Shown: positions 38,336 to 48,254 of the stretch, in pieces
How the letters are laid out: the number at the start of each line of letters is the position of its first letter
Position numbering within the stretch: the stretch's first letter is position 1
Assembly (NCBI GenBank): GCA_965117055.1
Contig: OZ220750.1
Span: forward strand, 124,902-188,901
DNA from: Alphaproteobacteria bacterium
GTDB taxonomy: Bacteria > Pseudomonadota > Alphaproteobacteria > MPNO01
DNA: 64,000 bases
Reading direction: 5' to 3'
Translations under genes and position numbers: made by a program
Notes under the pieces: model-generated
Told to the model about the DNA's origin: nothing
The model's input: only the letters and a program-made list of their open reading frames with translations
Database searches by the model: none

Positions 38336-40243
38336 TCAGTTGGCGATCTTCCGTTCCACGGGCGAAGCGGACATCCGGCTCTCGACCAGGAACGACGCCG
38401 CCACGACGGCGGTGCAGATTCCCGCGACCAGCAGATCGGGCACCAGCACCAGGACGCCGGCCGCGACCCGCACCAGCCGTTGTAGCGGCCCGATGGGCCC
38501 GATGGAATAGGCGCCGAGCCCCGTCGCGAGCGCGACCGTCGAGACCGCGAAGACCCCTACCCCCCATGCCAGCCCCGCATAGGTGAAGCCCGGGTCCACC
38601 AGCACGATGCTCGAATGGTAGACGAAGATGAACGGGATCAGGAACCCCGCGATCGCCAGCCTGACCGCGACGACGCCGGTCTCGATCGGTTTCGAGCCGG
38701 CGATCGGCGCGGCGGCGAAGGCGGCGATGGCGACCGGCGGGGTGATCGCCGACAGCACCGCGTAATAGATGACGAAGAGATGGGTGAGCAGCAGCGACAG
38801 CCCGAGCTTGCCGAGCGCCGGCCCGATGATCAGCACGATGATCAGATAGGCCGCGCCCACCGGCACCCCCATGCCGAGCAGCAGGCAGCCGATCGCCATG
38901 ACGACCAGCGACAGGAACAGGCTGTCCCCGGCGATCGACAGGATGGTCGCCGCGAACTTGATGCCGAGGCCGGACATGTTGACCATGCCGACGACGAAGC
39001 CGATCGCGGCGACGACGATCATGATGGTCGCGCAGGTGCGCCCGCCGCGCATCAGCGCGGCGAGGATCCTCCGCGGCGAGCGGAACTCCGGGTAGAGGAC
39101 GAGGGACAGCACGAAGGCCGAGATCAGGCCGTAGAACCCCGCGTTCTGCGCCGTCCGCCCGGTCATCAGCACGTAGACGATCACGCCGAGCGGCACGAAG
39201 AACGAGATCGAGCGGATCCAGTCGGTGGTGTCCAGCCGGACGCGGTCTTCCCTGGGCGTCGGCCTGAGCCCCTGCCGCCGCGCCTCCAGCCAGACCACGG
39301 AGAACAGGCTGAGATAGTACATCAGCGCCGGGATCGCGGCCGCGGCGATGATGGTGAGATAGGGAATCCCCGTGATGTCGGCCATCAGGAACGCGACCGC
39401 GCCCATCACCGGCGGCATGATCTGCCCGCCGGTCGACGCCGCCGCCTCCACCGCGCCGGCGAATTTGGGCCGGAAGCCGGTGCGCTTGATCATCGGGATG
39501 GTGAAGACGCCGGTGGTCACCACGTTGGCCACGGCGGCGCCGTTCATGGTGCCGAAGCTGGCGCTGCCGATGATGGCGGCGTGCGCCGGGCCGCCGCGCA
39601 GCGGGCCGGTCACCGCGAAGGCGAATTTCAAGAGCGTCGCGCCGGCGCCCGAGGCCTCCAGGATCGCGCCGAACAGGATGAACACCAGCACGATCTGACC
39701 GACCACGGCGACCGGCCGGCCGAACACCCCGTCGGTGCTGTACCAGAGCTTCTCCGAGATCAGGAACCACTTGACCTCCGGGATGTTGAGCGTGCCCGGA
39801 ATCAGGTTGCCGAAGAGCAGGATCGCCAGCGAGAGCAGGCAGACGAGGAACAGCGGCAGGCCGAAATGCCGGTAGGTGAGGTAGAACAGCAGCGCGATCC
39901 CGGCGAAGCCCACCAGATAGTCGAACACCGAGAACTCGACGAAGAAGTGGAGCTGCTCCGTCATCAGCACGATCCACAGATAGTAGATCGGCACCAGCGC
40001 GATCAGCATCCCGGCGTTGAGCGCGATCGGGCCCCAGGCGACGTCCTCGCGCCGCACGTCCATGTTCTCGGTGGAGAAGACCAGCAGCGAGATCAGGATC
40101 GGCAGCCCGGTGGTGCCGGCGCGGACCCAGACCTCGTCGAACACGCCGAACCCGGCGACGTAGATCGCGAACGCCGCGAGCGCGAGCGAAAGCACGTCGG
40201 CCAACCGCCGGCTCCACGCGACAATGCGGTCCCTGGGCAACAT
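38336..40243 (-). CDS. TRAP transporter fused 4TM/12TM permease
   Basis: RGGPAHAA, ANVVTTGVFTIPMIK, EAAASTGGQIMPPVMG, ITPPVA. Confidence 0.9.
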   Translation of the reverse strand: MLPRDRIVAWSRRLADVLSLALAAFAIYVAGFGVFDEVWVRAGTTGLPILISLLVFSTENMDVRREDVAWGPIALNAGMLIALVPIYYLWIVLMTEQLHFFVEFSVFDYLVGFAGIALLFYLTYRHFGLPLFLVCLLSLAILLFGNLIPGTLNIPEVKWFLISEKLWYSTDGVFGRPVAVVGQIVLVFILFGAILEASGAGATLLKFAFAVTGPLRGGPAHAAIIGSASFGTMNGAAVANVVTTGVFTIPMIKRTGFRPKFAGAVEAAASTGGQIMPPVMGAVAFLMADITGIPYLTIIAAAAIPALMYYLSLFSVVWLEARRQGLRPTPREDRVRLDTTDWIRSISFFVPLGVIVYVLMTGRTAQNAGFYGLISAFVLSLVLYPEFRSPRRILAALMRGGRTCATIMIVVAAIGFVVGMVNMSGLGIKFAATILSIAGDSLFLSLVVMAIGCLLLGMGVPVGAAYLIIVLIIGPALGKLGLSLLLTHLFVIYYAVLSAITPPVAIAAFAAAPIAGSKPIETGVVAVRLAIAGFLIPFIFVYHSSIVLVDPGFTYAGLAWGVGVFAVSTVALATGLGAYSIGPIGPLQRLVRVAAGVLVLVPDLLVAGICTAVVAASFLVESRMSASPVERKIAN

Positions 40244-40376
40244 CTCGTGCGGGCTCCCCCCGATGGGCGCGGCGGGATTATAGCAAGGGCGGCGATTGGT
40301 GACGCGACCGATGGAGGCGCCGCGGGAGGGGACAGGGTCGGGCGGTGCAGGCGGCCTCCGGCACCGCCGCTTTCGC

Positions 40377-40488
40377 CGTCATGCCCGGACTTGTTCCGGG
40401 CATCCACGTCCCTCCGCCGCCTCGCCCGCGCCCGCTTATCGCGCGATGCCGCAAGACGTGGATGCCCGGAACAAGTCCGGGCATGACG
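40377..40488. repeat. palindromic repeat family B
   Basis: Inverted match to 37019-37131. Confidence 0.85.
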
Positions 40489-40685
40489 TGTGGGGGAATC
40501 CGAGGCGGCACCGACAACGGCCATCGGCGATGCCGGCGCGCCGAAATCCGGGTCCCGGACCGCACGCCCCGTCGGAAACCCGCCCGTATTCGGGCCTCAC
40601 ACCCGGGCCACAACAGTTGAACCGCACAGCGGTGGACTCGTTCGGACGTTTCGGGAAGGCGTCCGGACGGACAGGACGCGTCGAT

Positions 40686-41168
40686 CTACTGCGGAAGCTC
40701 CGCCTGCACCCGGACGACGATGCGTCTCGACATCTTGCCGAGCAGGGGAGCGCCGCGGGCGTAGAAGGACCGCATCATGCTGCCCGTCTTCGTTATAGCG
40801 CGGGCGCCGAGCTCGGTGTCCAGGAACCGGTTGAGCGCCCGGATCTCCTCGAGGGCGAAAGTCGCGAGTACGGCATCCGTCATCAGCGTCTCGAACTGAG
40901 GGCGTACGCGACTCAGCTCCTCGTGAACGATCCGGGTCAGGGTCTCGACCTGGTCGCCCCGCAAGGTTTTGCCGTGCGCCTTCAACTGGGCGACGATGGC
41001 GGCGCGCATCGTGTCGGCGGACCAGGTGTCGTCGAGCATCCGCTGAACCGCCGGATGGCGGACATAGGCCGCGGCCGCCGCCTTCAGCGCCGCATCGTCC
41101 CTGGCGAGGGAGGGGGCCGCGGTCAGCAGCATGGCGGTCGCGGCAAGCGCGGCGACAATGCGGGTCAT
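40686..41168 (-). CDS. secreted DUF2059-like protein
   Basis: Signal peptide; FALEEIRALNRFLDTELG resembles the DUF2059 F.xeEl..l..F..t..G motif. Confidence 0.7.
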   Translation of the reverse strand: MTRIVAALAATAMLLTAAPSLARDDAALKAAAAAYVRHPAVQRMLDDTWSADTMRAAIVAQLKAHGKTLRGDQVETLTRIVHEELSRVRPQFETLMTDAVLATFALEEIRALNRFLDTELGARAITKTGSMMRSFYARGAPLLGKMSRRIVVRVQAELPQ

Positions 41169-41425
41169 GGGGAGGCTCCTGGATTGGGGATCGGGCTCGG
41201 CGGGCCTTCATAGGCAAATCTCGGAACGCCAGGATTCGGATACAGCCTTTCTTCACTGGTCTAGAATGGTCCGCAGGCGTGGCTCCGTACGCCGCCCACG
41301 GGCCGGGCTTCTGAGTCGAGGTGCTTGGTCAGAAGTCGGCGGACCCGGTCCATGCGGTGCCGAACAAGCGCGTGTCCGGGCATCGGTCAAGCCGGCCCCT
41401 GCGCCGATCATGCGGGAGAAACCGG

Positions 41426-43165
41426 ATGCTTACCAGACTCATCATCCGCAATTTCAAACGCTTCGGAGAGGTCGAGGTCGAGCTGGGCAATCCGGTCGTG
41501 TTCATCGGCCCCAACAATTCGGGGAAGACTTCGGCCATGCAGGCGCTTGCGCTGTGGGATATCGGCGTCAAGCGGTGGAACGAGAAGCGGGCCGGGAAGA
41601 GCGCACCGGAGAAGCGTCCCGGAGTGACGGTCAACCGCAGGGACCTGTTCGCCATCCCTCATCCGAGCGCCGCGCATTTGTGGCGCGACCTCCATGTGCG
41701 CGATGTCCAGCGCGTGGAAGGGAGCACGCGCACCGACAACGTGCGCATCGACCTGATCGTGGAAGGGGTCGACGAGGGCAAAGTCTGGACTTGCGGTCTC
41801 GAATTCGACTACGCCAACGAGGAATCGTTCTATTGCCGGCCGCTGCGGCTCGACGATGACAGGCCGCCGAAGCGGATGCCGATCCCCGCCGAAGCCGGAT
41901 CGCTGCGCATCGCGTTTCTGCCTCCCATGTCCGGTCTGGCGGCGACCGAGACGCGGCTCGATCAGGGCGCGGTGAACGTGAGGGTCGGCGAGGGTCGAAC
42001 GGCCGAAGTCCTCCGCAATCTGTGTTTCCGCATACTGACGGAGAACCCGGACAGGTGGGCCTCGCTGGTGACGCGTATCGAAGGCCTGTTCGGAGTGGAG
42101 CTCGAAGAGCCCCGCTATGTCGAAGAGCGGGGCGAGATCACCATGGGGTATCGGGAGCGCGGTTCGGCCCTAGACCTCTCATCGAGCGGGCGGGGATTGC
42201 AACAGACACTTCTGATCCTCGCCTACATGCACGCCAATCCGGGAGCGGTCATCCTGCTGGACGAACCGGACGCGCATCTCGAAATCCTCCGCCAGCGCCA
42301 GATCTACAGCCTCATCGTGGAGGTTGCGTCGGAAAGCGGCAACCAGATCGTCGCCGCGAGCCATTCCGAGGTGCTGCTCAACGAAGCCGCCGAAAAGGAC
42401 CTCGTGATCGCATTCGTCGGCGCGCCGCACCGGATCGGCGACGGGCAAAGCCAGGTGCGCAAGGCGCTCGCGGAGATCGGCTTCGATCAGTACTACCAGG
42501 CCGAGCAGACCGGCTGGGTACTGTATCTGGAAGGCTCGACCGATCTGGCGATATTGCAGGCTTTCGCGAAGAGGCTCGGCAAGGACAAGGCTGTCCGCGC
42601 GCTGGAACGACCCTTCGTCCGCTATGTCGGGAACAGCCCGCCGACGGCCGCCCACCATTTCCACGGGCTCCGGGAAGCGATCCCCGGCCTCAAGGGGGTG
42701 GCCCTTTTCGACCGTCTCGAACTGGGCGCGCCGGACGATCCTTTCCTCCGGCATCTGGTCTGGACCCGGCGGGAGATCGAGAACTATCTCTGTACCCCGG
42801 CGACACTGGAGGCCTATGCCCAGGCCTCCGCGATGGCGGCGGAGCCAAGGCCCCTGTTCGCCCGCCTCGAAGTCGACGACCGGCTGACGGCAATGAGCGA
42901 GGCGATCTCGGAGGTGAACCGGGCGCTCGAAACTCTCGACAAGGGTTCGCCTTGGGGCGACGACCTGAAGGTGAGCGACGAGTTCCTGACCCCGCTTTTC
43001 AAGGCCTATTTCGAGCGGATCGGCATCCCCAACCTGATGAGCAAGAAAAACTTCTACGAGCTCGCCGACTGCGTGCCGCATGAAGAAATCGATCCGGAGA
43101 TCGGCGAGAAGCTGGATGCGATCGCCGCGGTCGCGGAGAGCGCGAGGCCGGTGGGGGGGGAGTAG
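41426..43165 (+). CDS. ABC-type ATPase + TOPRIM-like domain (OLD-like ATP-dependent nuclease)
   Basis: IRNFKRF, Walker A GPNNSGKT, SSGRG, ILLDEPDAHL, ASHS; TOPRIM-like YLEGSTD...LFDR...REIENYL. Confidence 0.8.
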   Translation: MLTRLIIRNFKRFGEVEVELGNPVVFIGPNNSGKTSAMQALALWDIGVKRWNEKRAGKSAPEKRPGVTVNRRDLFAIPHPSAAHLWRDLHVRDVQRVEGSTRTDNVRIDLIVEGVDEGKVWTCGLEFDYANEESFYCRPLRLDDDRPPKRMPIPAEAGSLRIAFLPPMSGLAATETRLDQGAVNVRVGEGRTAEVLRNLCFRILTENPDRWASLVTRIEGLFGVELEEPRYVEERGEITMGYRERGSALDLSSSGRGLQQTLLILAYMHANPGAVILLDEPDAHLEILRQRQIYSLIVEVASESGNQIVAASHSEVLLNEAAEKDLVIAFVGAPHRIGDGQSQVRKALAEIGFDQYYQAEQTGWVLYLEGSTDLAILQAFAKRLGKDKAVRALERPFVRYVGNSPPTAAHHFHGLREAIPGLKGVALFDRLELGAPDDPFLRHLVWTRREIENYLCTPATLEAYAQASAMAAEPRPLFARLEVDDRLTAMSEAISEVNRALETLDKGSPWGDDLKVSDEFLTPLFKAYFERIGIPNLMSKKNFYELADCVPHEEIDPEIGEKLDAIAAVAESARPVGGE

Positions 43166-43422
43166 CGGTGGGACGCCACCATCGATCCTGCGGCGATTTC
43201 GCCGGGACCCACCTGAAACGATGGGGACGTGGTCGAGGACCGGTGTTTCCCGCGGTTCACGACACGTGCGCCGGGAGAGCCTTACGCGACCGCCTTAGCT
43301 TCACCAGGAACAGGTGTGGTCGCCTTGCTACCGATCCAAAGGGGCGATAATTTTGTAGCTTGGTGATATGGAGCCGTTTGCAAGGATGCCGAGAATCCTC
43401 GACGTATTTGACCACGAACCAA

Positions 43423-44880
43423 ATGGTTGAACAAGAACTCACGCAACAATTCTCGAAGGCGGAATCCGTTACGGAAATTTGGTCCGCCGCACGCCAAATA
43501 ATGGCGAAACGCTTGCTGCCTGCGCTCGTAGATGATCCACTTTTTTTAAGTGGTTTCGACCGGCTCGAAGAATTTGCGTCTGTCGATTCCGACATCGATA
43601 GGCTTCTCGCCATCGATCTATTGGTCAGACTGCCTGCCGCGTCGAAGAAACTGGCGAATAGAGCCGAAGCCCATCTTTCTTCAGCCCTTACGAGAGTATT
43701 GCCACCACTTTATGAATTACACGATGCGAGTCGGCTTCCCGATCAAGCGAAACCAGCCGACATTAGGGAAAACATTGCAATTGGTTTGAAGCTCGCGAGT
43801 GGAAAATGGGTGGAGGACTATTTATCGGATTCTATTGTCTACGAACAGCAATCTCAGCGTACACGTGAGGCGCTGATTACCGAACTGGTTCAACGAACGG
43901 AGAGTTTCAATGACTTGATTCGGAAGCTACAGGCCTCTTTTGAACGCAACACGCAGCTTGAAAATGACGAGAATCGGAAATATGCGGATTTGCATTCGAT
44001 CTGTCAGGCGCTAATTGTTATTCTGTCTCGAGACAGGCAAGCTATTAGTGTCGACATGCACTCTCCGTGTAATCTGGATCTTTTTGCCGCCTCTCTAGTG
44101 AAGCAATCGAGATGGAATATAATTCCGCCAAGGCTTGAAGAAGCTGCTACGGTCCTAGTCCGTTTGCTTGATGAGTTGCTGACGTTGAACGTGCAGCTAT
44201 TTGTAGAGTCCGATTCGTACCTCGTGGTAGAACGCATAAGTCGCTGGTGGAACCATCGCTCGTATCCTGAAGCGCTACGAACAGCCATGCGACCGATTAT
44301 GTCTAAACTAATCGGTGCCATTACGGTACGGGCGAGAATGGGCCAGAAATCTCAAGAGTTGGTAACTTGTCTCAGATGCATCGTTCAGGATGCTGATCGC
44401 GTAACAAAGATAAGAGAGAAGATCGCGGAGTCTACAAATATTTCACCAGAAGTGGACGATTGGTTGCGTGGAAAACAACGCACGACTGGGAGGCGCACAA
44501 ATTCCCTACGGCGTGCGTTGCGAAGCGGAAGACAAGAGAGTACAGATCAATTGATAGGTAGGCTTTTGATTTCTACCGAGTACTTAGACAGAACTTTGGA
44601 TGAAGGCGATGCACATGCAGCAAGAGCCGCGGTCGCTACCGTAGTAAACCGAGTGAAGAGTGCCGCGCTACGGCGGCAGCTCAAGATGGAAGGGATCGTT
44701 GGTGAGATTGTCGAATACGTCGCGGCTGCGCATGAAACAGTAGATCAGAGTACGCCGCTGGGCCACAAGGTAAGGGTTGAAAGCCCCATGGTAGTAAGAA
44801 TCCGCGAGGACGGCTCGCGCGATGTTGTGGTCAAGGCGGAAGTTGTAGAGCTAGAGCCAATCGAGAAGAACTACAGGTGA
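43423..44880 (+). CDS. large helical protein with C-terminal GrpE-like beta domain
   Basis: Long ORF in an AT-richer segment. C-terminus GIVGEIVEYVAAAHETV...KVRVESPMV...VVVKAEVV resembles the GrpE head domain. Confidence 0.65.
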   Translation: MVEQELTQQFSKAESVTEIWSAARQIMAKRLLPALVDDPLFLSGFDRLEEFASVDSDIDRLLAIDLLVRLPAASKKLANRAEAHLSSALTRVLPPLYELHDASRLPDQAKPADIRENIAIGLKLASGKWVEDYLSDSIVYEQQSQRTREALITELVQRTESFNDLIRKLQASFERNTQLENDENRKYADLHSICQALIVILSRDRQAISVDMHSPCNLDLFAASLVKQSRWNIIPPRLEEAATVLVRLLDELLTLNVQLFVESDSYLVVERISRWWNHRSYPEALRTAMRPIMSKLIGAITVRARMGQKSQELVTCLRCIVQDADRVTKIREKIAESTNISPEVDDWLRGKQRTTGRRTNSLRRALRSGRQESTDQLIGRLLISTEYLDRTLDEGDAHAARAAVATVVNRVKSAALRRQLKMEGIVGEIVEYVAAAHETVDQSTPLGHKVRVESPMVVRIREDGSRDVVVKAEVVELEPIEKNYR

Positions 44881-44884
44881 AACA

Positions 44885-46759
44885 ATGAATATGAATGTAC
44901 AGCTTGCGTGCGTGATCGTGTCAAGTTTATTAGCTCGTTTTCGTCGTGACGGTGAGGCGTTTGTTCTGCCTGAGGGCCGTATCAGTTCAATCGAAATGGA
45001 GGCCATTCGTCATTTGCTGACGGATGGCAAACCCGTTGTCCCAACAACCGAACATCCGGCGGACACGATAGAAAAAGGAGACCGTGCAAGAGGCCCAACA
45101 GAAGGCAATGAGGAAATAACAACCCAAAACAAAAAGGAGTATGCATCGCCTCCGGAAACCAATCTGCCGAATTTGCAAGCGGCCACGGCAATCGGGCCGG
45201 AGGAGTCGGACATGAGGCTTTGTATTGATTTTGGGACCGCAATGTCCAAGGCTTGGGCTGCCCTCGATTCGATAGAGAAAACCTTACCTCTAAACTTGGG
45301 AAAAGCTGCTGGCGGCAAGGACAGGTTTACGCTTCCATCCGCTATTTTTATTTCGGCTGGCGAAAGAGTATTTTTTGGCGATGAGGCTGAAGCTCAGCAC
45401 CGACAAGAGTTAGATGATGGAAGAAGAATTTTTGACAATATTAAACGTATATTGAGCGAAACCGAGGTTGGTCTCGACTTGAACGAGGTCCCCGTAGACA
45501 AGACAATCGATCCAACGGACGCCGGAATTACAAAGGGGGACTTGTTAGTATTATATCTCGGCTGGCTAACGGACAGTGCCCTTGCTGCGCTCAAACGGTC
45601 GATTGAAGAAGAGCACGGCAAGATTGACGAAGCGGAAGATACAATGCTGCGCTCCATCAGGCGCCGTTTCGCAATACCTTGTTTTGAGAATGCTGTCGAT
45701 GAGTTGAATAATGGTGAAACCAGATCGAAGTGGGCGAAGAAAGTCTTGTCCGAATCGATGATAAAGGCTCAGGTTGCGGCCGACAGCTTTCGTAGCGGGT
45801 GGGACCGAATTCGACTTCCTGACGTGTTGCCGACGCTTCGGGCGATTCGGGAAATCGATACCGAACGATTTGAGCATTTGTTGGCCGAGTGTCCGACAGT
45901 GAGGGAGCCCGTTGCAGCGGGTGCGTCTCGCTTTGGCGACGAAATGGAACAAGAAATAGGGCAATCTCGACGAATTTTGTTTGTTGTGGACGCAGGTGCT
46001 GGAACGACAGATTTTGCGGTGTTTCAAGCGTTTGTTGATTCTGAAATGGAGGACGGAGTAAGATATGCGTTAATAACACCGACCGTAAAAATGTGTCGAA
46101 TTGCTGGCAACGAAATCGATGCGATATTACGGCCTATATTTTTGACCACCGCAGGCATCAATCCTAATAATGGTGCGCCACGCAGCGAAGGCGATTTTTC
46201 GTTAATTAGTAGAGATTTGAGTTCCCAGATCAGAATGCTAAAGGAAATACTTTTTTTCGAAGGCACTGTGGAATACGCTCTACGACCGGGTATTCGAGCA
46301 AAATTGGACATTGAAACCGTGCTAAACGATGGTACCTATAAACAGCGTGGAGAAGAACTATTAACTATAAGGCAAAATATTATGCGGGGTGTATTTTCTG
46401 ACGATTATCTATCCAAGATAAAGGCGGCAAATTTACGTACAGGTAAACCCATGCCCGTACATGTATTACTGACCGGAGGCAGTGCTTCGGTACCAATAAT
46501 CGAACGATTGGCCAGCGGTTCTTTGGAATTGAATGACGCAAAATTTGAATTCCGAAGGGTCAGAGCGTTGCCAGAGTGGATCGAAAATTTGGAAAGGGAA
46601 TTGTTGGATCAAATTAGCGATCCCAACCCACAATGCGCGGTGGCCATTGGCGGCTCAGCGCCAGCGTTGCCATCGGAACTGTCAGACCTAAAGGAGGTCA
46701 TTACTCCGGGACCAGGCGGTCGTTGGGAAGTCCAGCGTTTTCAATCGCAAGGCATTTAG
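44885..46759 (+). CDS. Hsp70/actin-like ATPase lacking a substrate-binding domain
   Basis: CIDFGTAMSK, LPSAIF, VREPVAAG, VVDAGAGTTDF, AGNEID, VLLTGGSASVP, PQCAVAIGG in Hsp70 NBD order. Confidence 0.85.
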   Translation: MNMNVQLACVIVSSLLARFRRDGEAFVLPEGRISSIEMEAIRHLLTDGKPVVPTTEHPADTIEKGDRARGPTEGNEEITTQNKKEYASPPETNLPNLQAATAIGPEESDMRLCIDFGTAMSKAWAALDSIEKTLPLNLGKAAGGKDRFTLPSAIFISAGERVFFGDEAEAQHRQELDDGRRIFDNIKRILSETEVGLDLNEVPVDKTIDPTDAGITKGDLLVLYLGWLTDSALAALKRSIEEEHGKIDEAEDTMLRSIRRRFAIPCFENAVDELNNGETRSKWAKKVLSESMIKAQVAADSFRSGWDRIRLPDVLPTLRAIREIDTERFEHLLAECPTVREPVAAGASRFGDEMEQEIGQSRRILFVVDAGAGTTDFAVFQAFVDSEMEDGVRYALITPTVKMCRIAGNEIDAILRPIFLTTAGINPNNGAPRSEGDFSLISRDLSSQIRMLKEILFFEGTVEYALRPGIRAKLDIETVLNDGTYKQRGEELLTIRQNIMRGVFSDDYLSKIKAANLRTGKPMPVHVLLTGGSASVPIIERLASGSLELNDAKFEFRRVRALPEWIENLERELLDQISDPNPQCAVAIGGSAPALPSELSDLKEVITPGPGGRWEVQRFQSQGI

Positions 46760-46901
46760 GGAAACGCCTGGGAGATTATATGGACTATCATGTACTCAGT
46801 GTTCCCATAATTTCCGGTCGCGCGCCAGCGCGGCCTGAACTGTCAGGTGATTGCCGTCTCACTACAGACCAGCCGTAGACGGCGAGTGAATATATTGGCT
46901 C

Positions 46902-47228
46902 TCACGACGCGATACCCAAGAACAACGCCAGCGCCCGATTGACCCGGCTCATGTCGGCTCGGCCGAGCCGGCCGAACATGGCGCCGAGTTTTTCTGTGCG
47001 GGTGGACATGGTCTTGTCGACCATCACGAAGGACCGCTCGCGCAAGCCGTTATCCGGAGAAGGATCGACCGGCAGGCGGAAGAGCGGCGCATCGGCCGCG
47101 GTCGAGGTTACCGGCAGGACGGTGACCGTCGCGTGGCCGGAAAACAGATCGGACTGGACGACGAGGGCCGGGCGGGGTTTGCCGAAATCGCCGGGCAGAG
47201 CGACGGTGACGAGGTCGCCGCGCCTCAC
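46902..47228 (-). CDS. PemK/MazF family toxin
   Basis: RRGDLVTVALPGDFGKPRPALVVQSD...VLPVTS. Confidence 0.92.
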   Translation of the reverse strand: MRRGDLVTVALPGDFGKPRPALVVQSDLFSGHATVTVLPVTSTAADAPLFRLPVDPSPDNGLRERSFVMVDKTMSTRTEKLGAMFGRLGRADMSRVNRALALFLGIAS

Positions 47229-47446
47229 TCCCAGTTCCCGAGGTCTTCTAGCGCGGCGTCGACGAAACCGGTCAGCTCTGGATCGGCGCGGTCGGATGCC
47301 GCCGCGAGGGCGGTCTGGCGCCTGCACTCCTCGGCGAAGCCCGGGGCCCTCGTATTGGGAACCCAGATCTGCACCGGGCGAAGCCCCCTGGCCCGCAGCG
47401 AGTCGCGGTGCTTCCTCACACGGCGGGCGGCCGAACGATCGGACAT
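47225..47446 (-). CDS. MazE-like antitoxin (DUF3018)
   Basis: RVRKHRDSLRARGLRPVQIWVPNTRAPGFAEECRRQ; GTGA-coupled to the toxin. Confidence 0.88.
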   Translation of the reverse strand: MSDRSAARRVRKHRDSLRARGLRPVQIWVPNTRAPGFAEECRRQTALAAASDRADPELTGFVDAALEDLGNWE

Positions 47447-47470
47447 GGCAAATCTCCCATGAACCGCTCT

Positions 47471-47482
47471 GTTACATGTAAC
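47471..47482. promoter_or_regulatory. putative TA autoregulatory operator
   Basis: Perfect palindrome GTTACATGTAAC about 25 bp upstream of the antitoxin start. Confidence 0.6.
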
Positions 47483-47515
47483 GTGTTCGACGGTCGGCGT
47501 CAAGTCCACCGCGCC

Positions 47516-48238
<723 letters not shown>

Positions 48239-48254
48239 GTTCCGTCCTCCCCGC

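Noticed and set aside
40490-40680. Series of short hairpins downstream of the DUF2059 gene as a possible ncRNA or IS end
   Set aside because: No recognisable RNA motif or partner inverted repeat, and short GC stems are expected by chance. An Rfam/Infernal scan would settle it.
44885-46759. Calling the Hsp70-like gene dnaK/hscA or mreB/parM
   Set aside because: It lacks the substrate-binding domain and J-protein context and is highly divergent. It is larger than MreB/ParM and its motifs follow Hsp70.
46780-46878. Short ORF MDYHVLSVPIISG... after the Hsp70-like gene
   Set aside because: Only 32 codons with no recognisable motif; cannot be supported as a third component.
41426-47482. Prophage or ICE origin for the conflict cluster
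   Set aside because: No integrase, att direct repeats, tRNA, phage or conjugation genes were seen.
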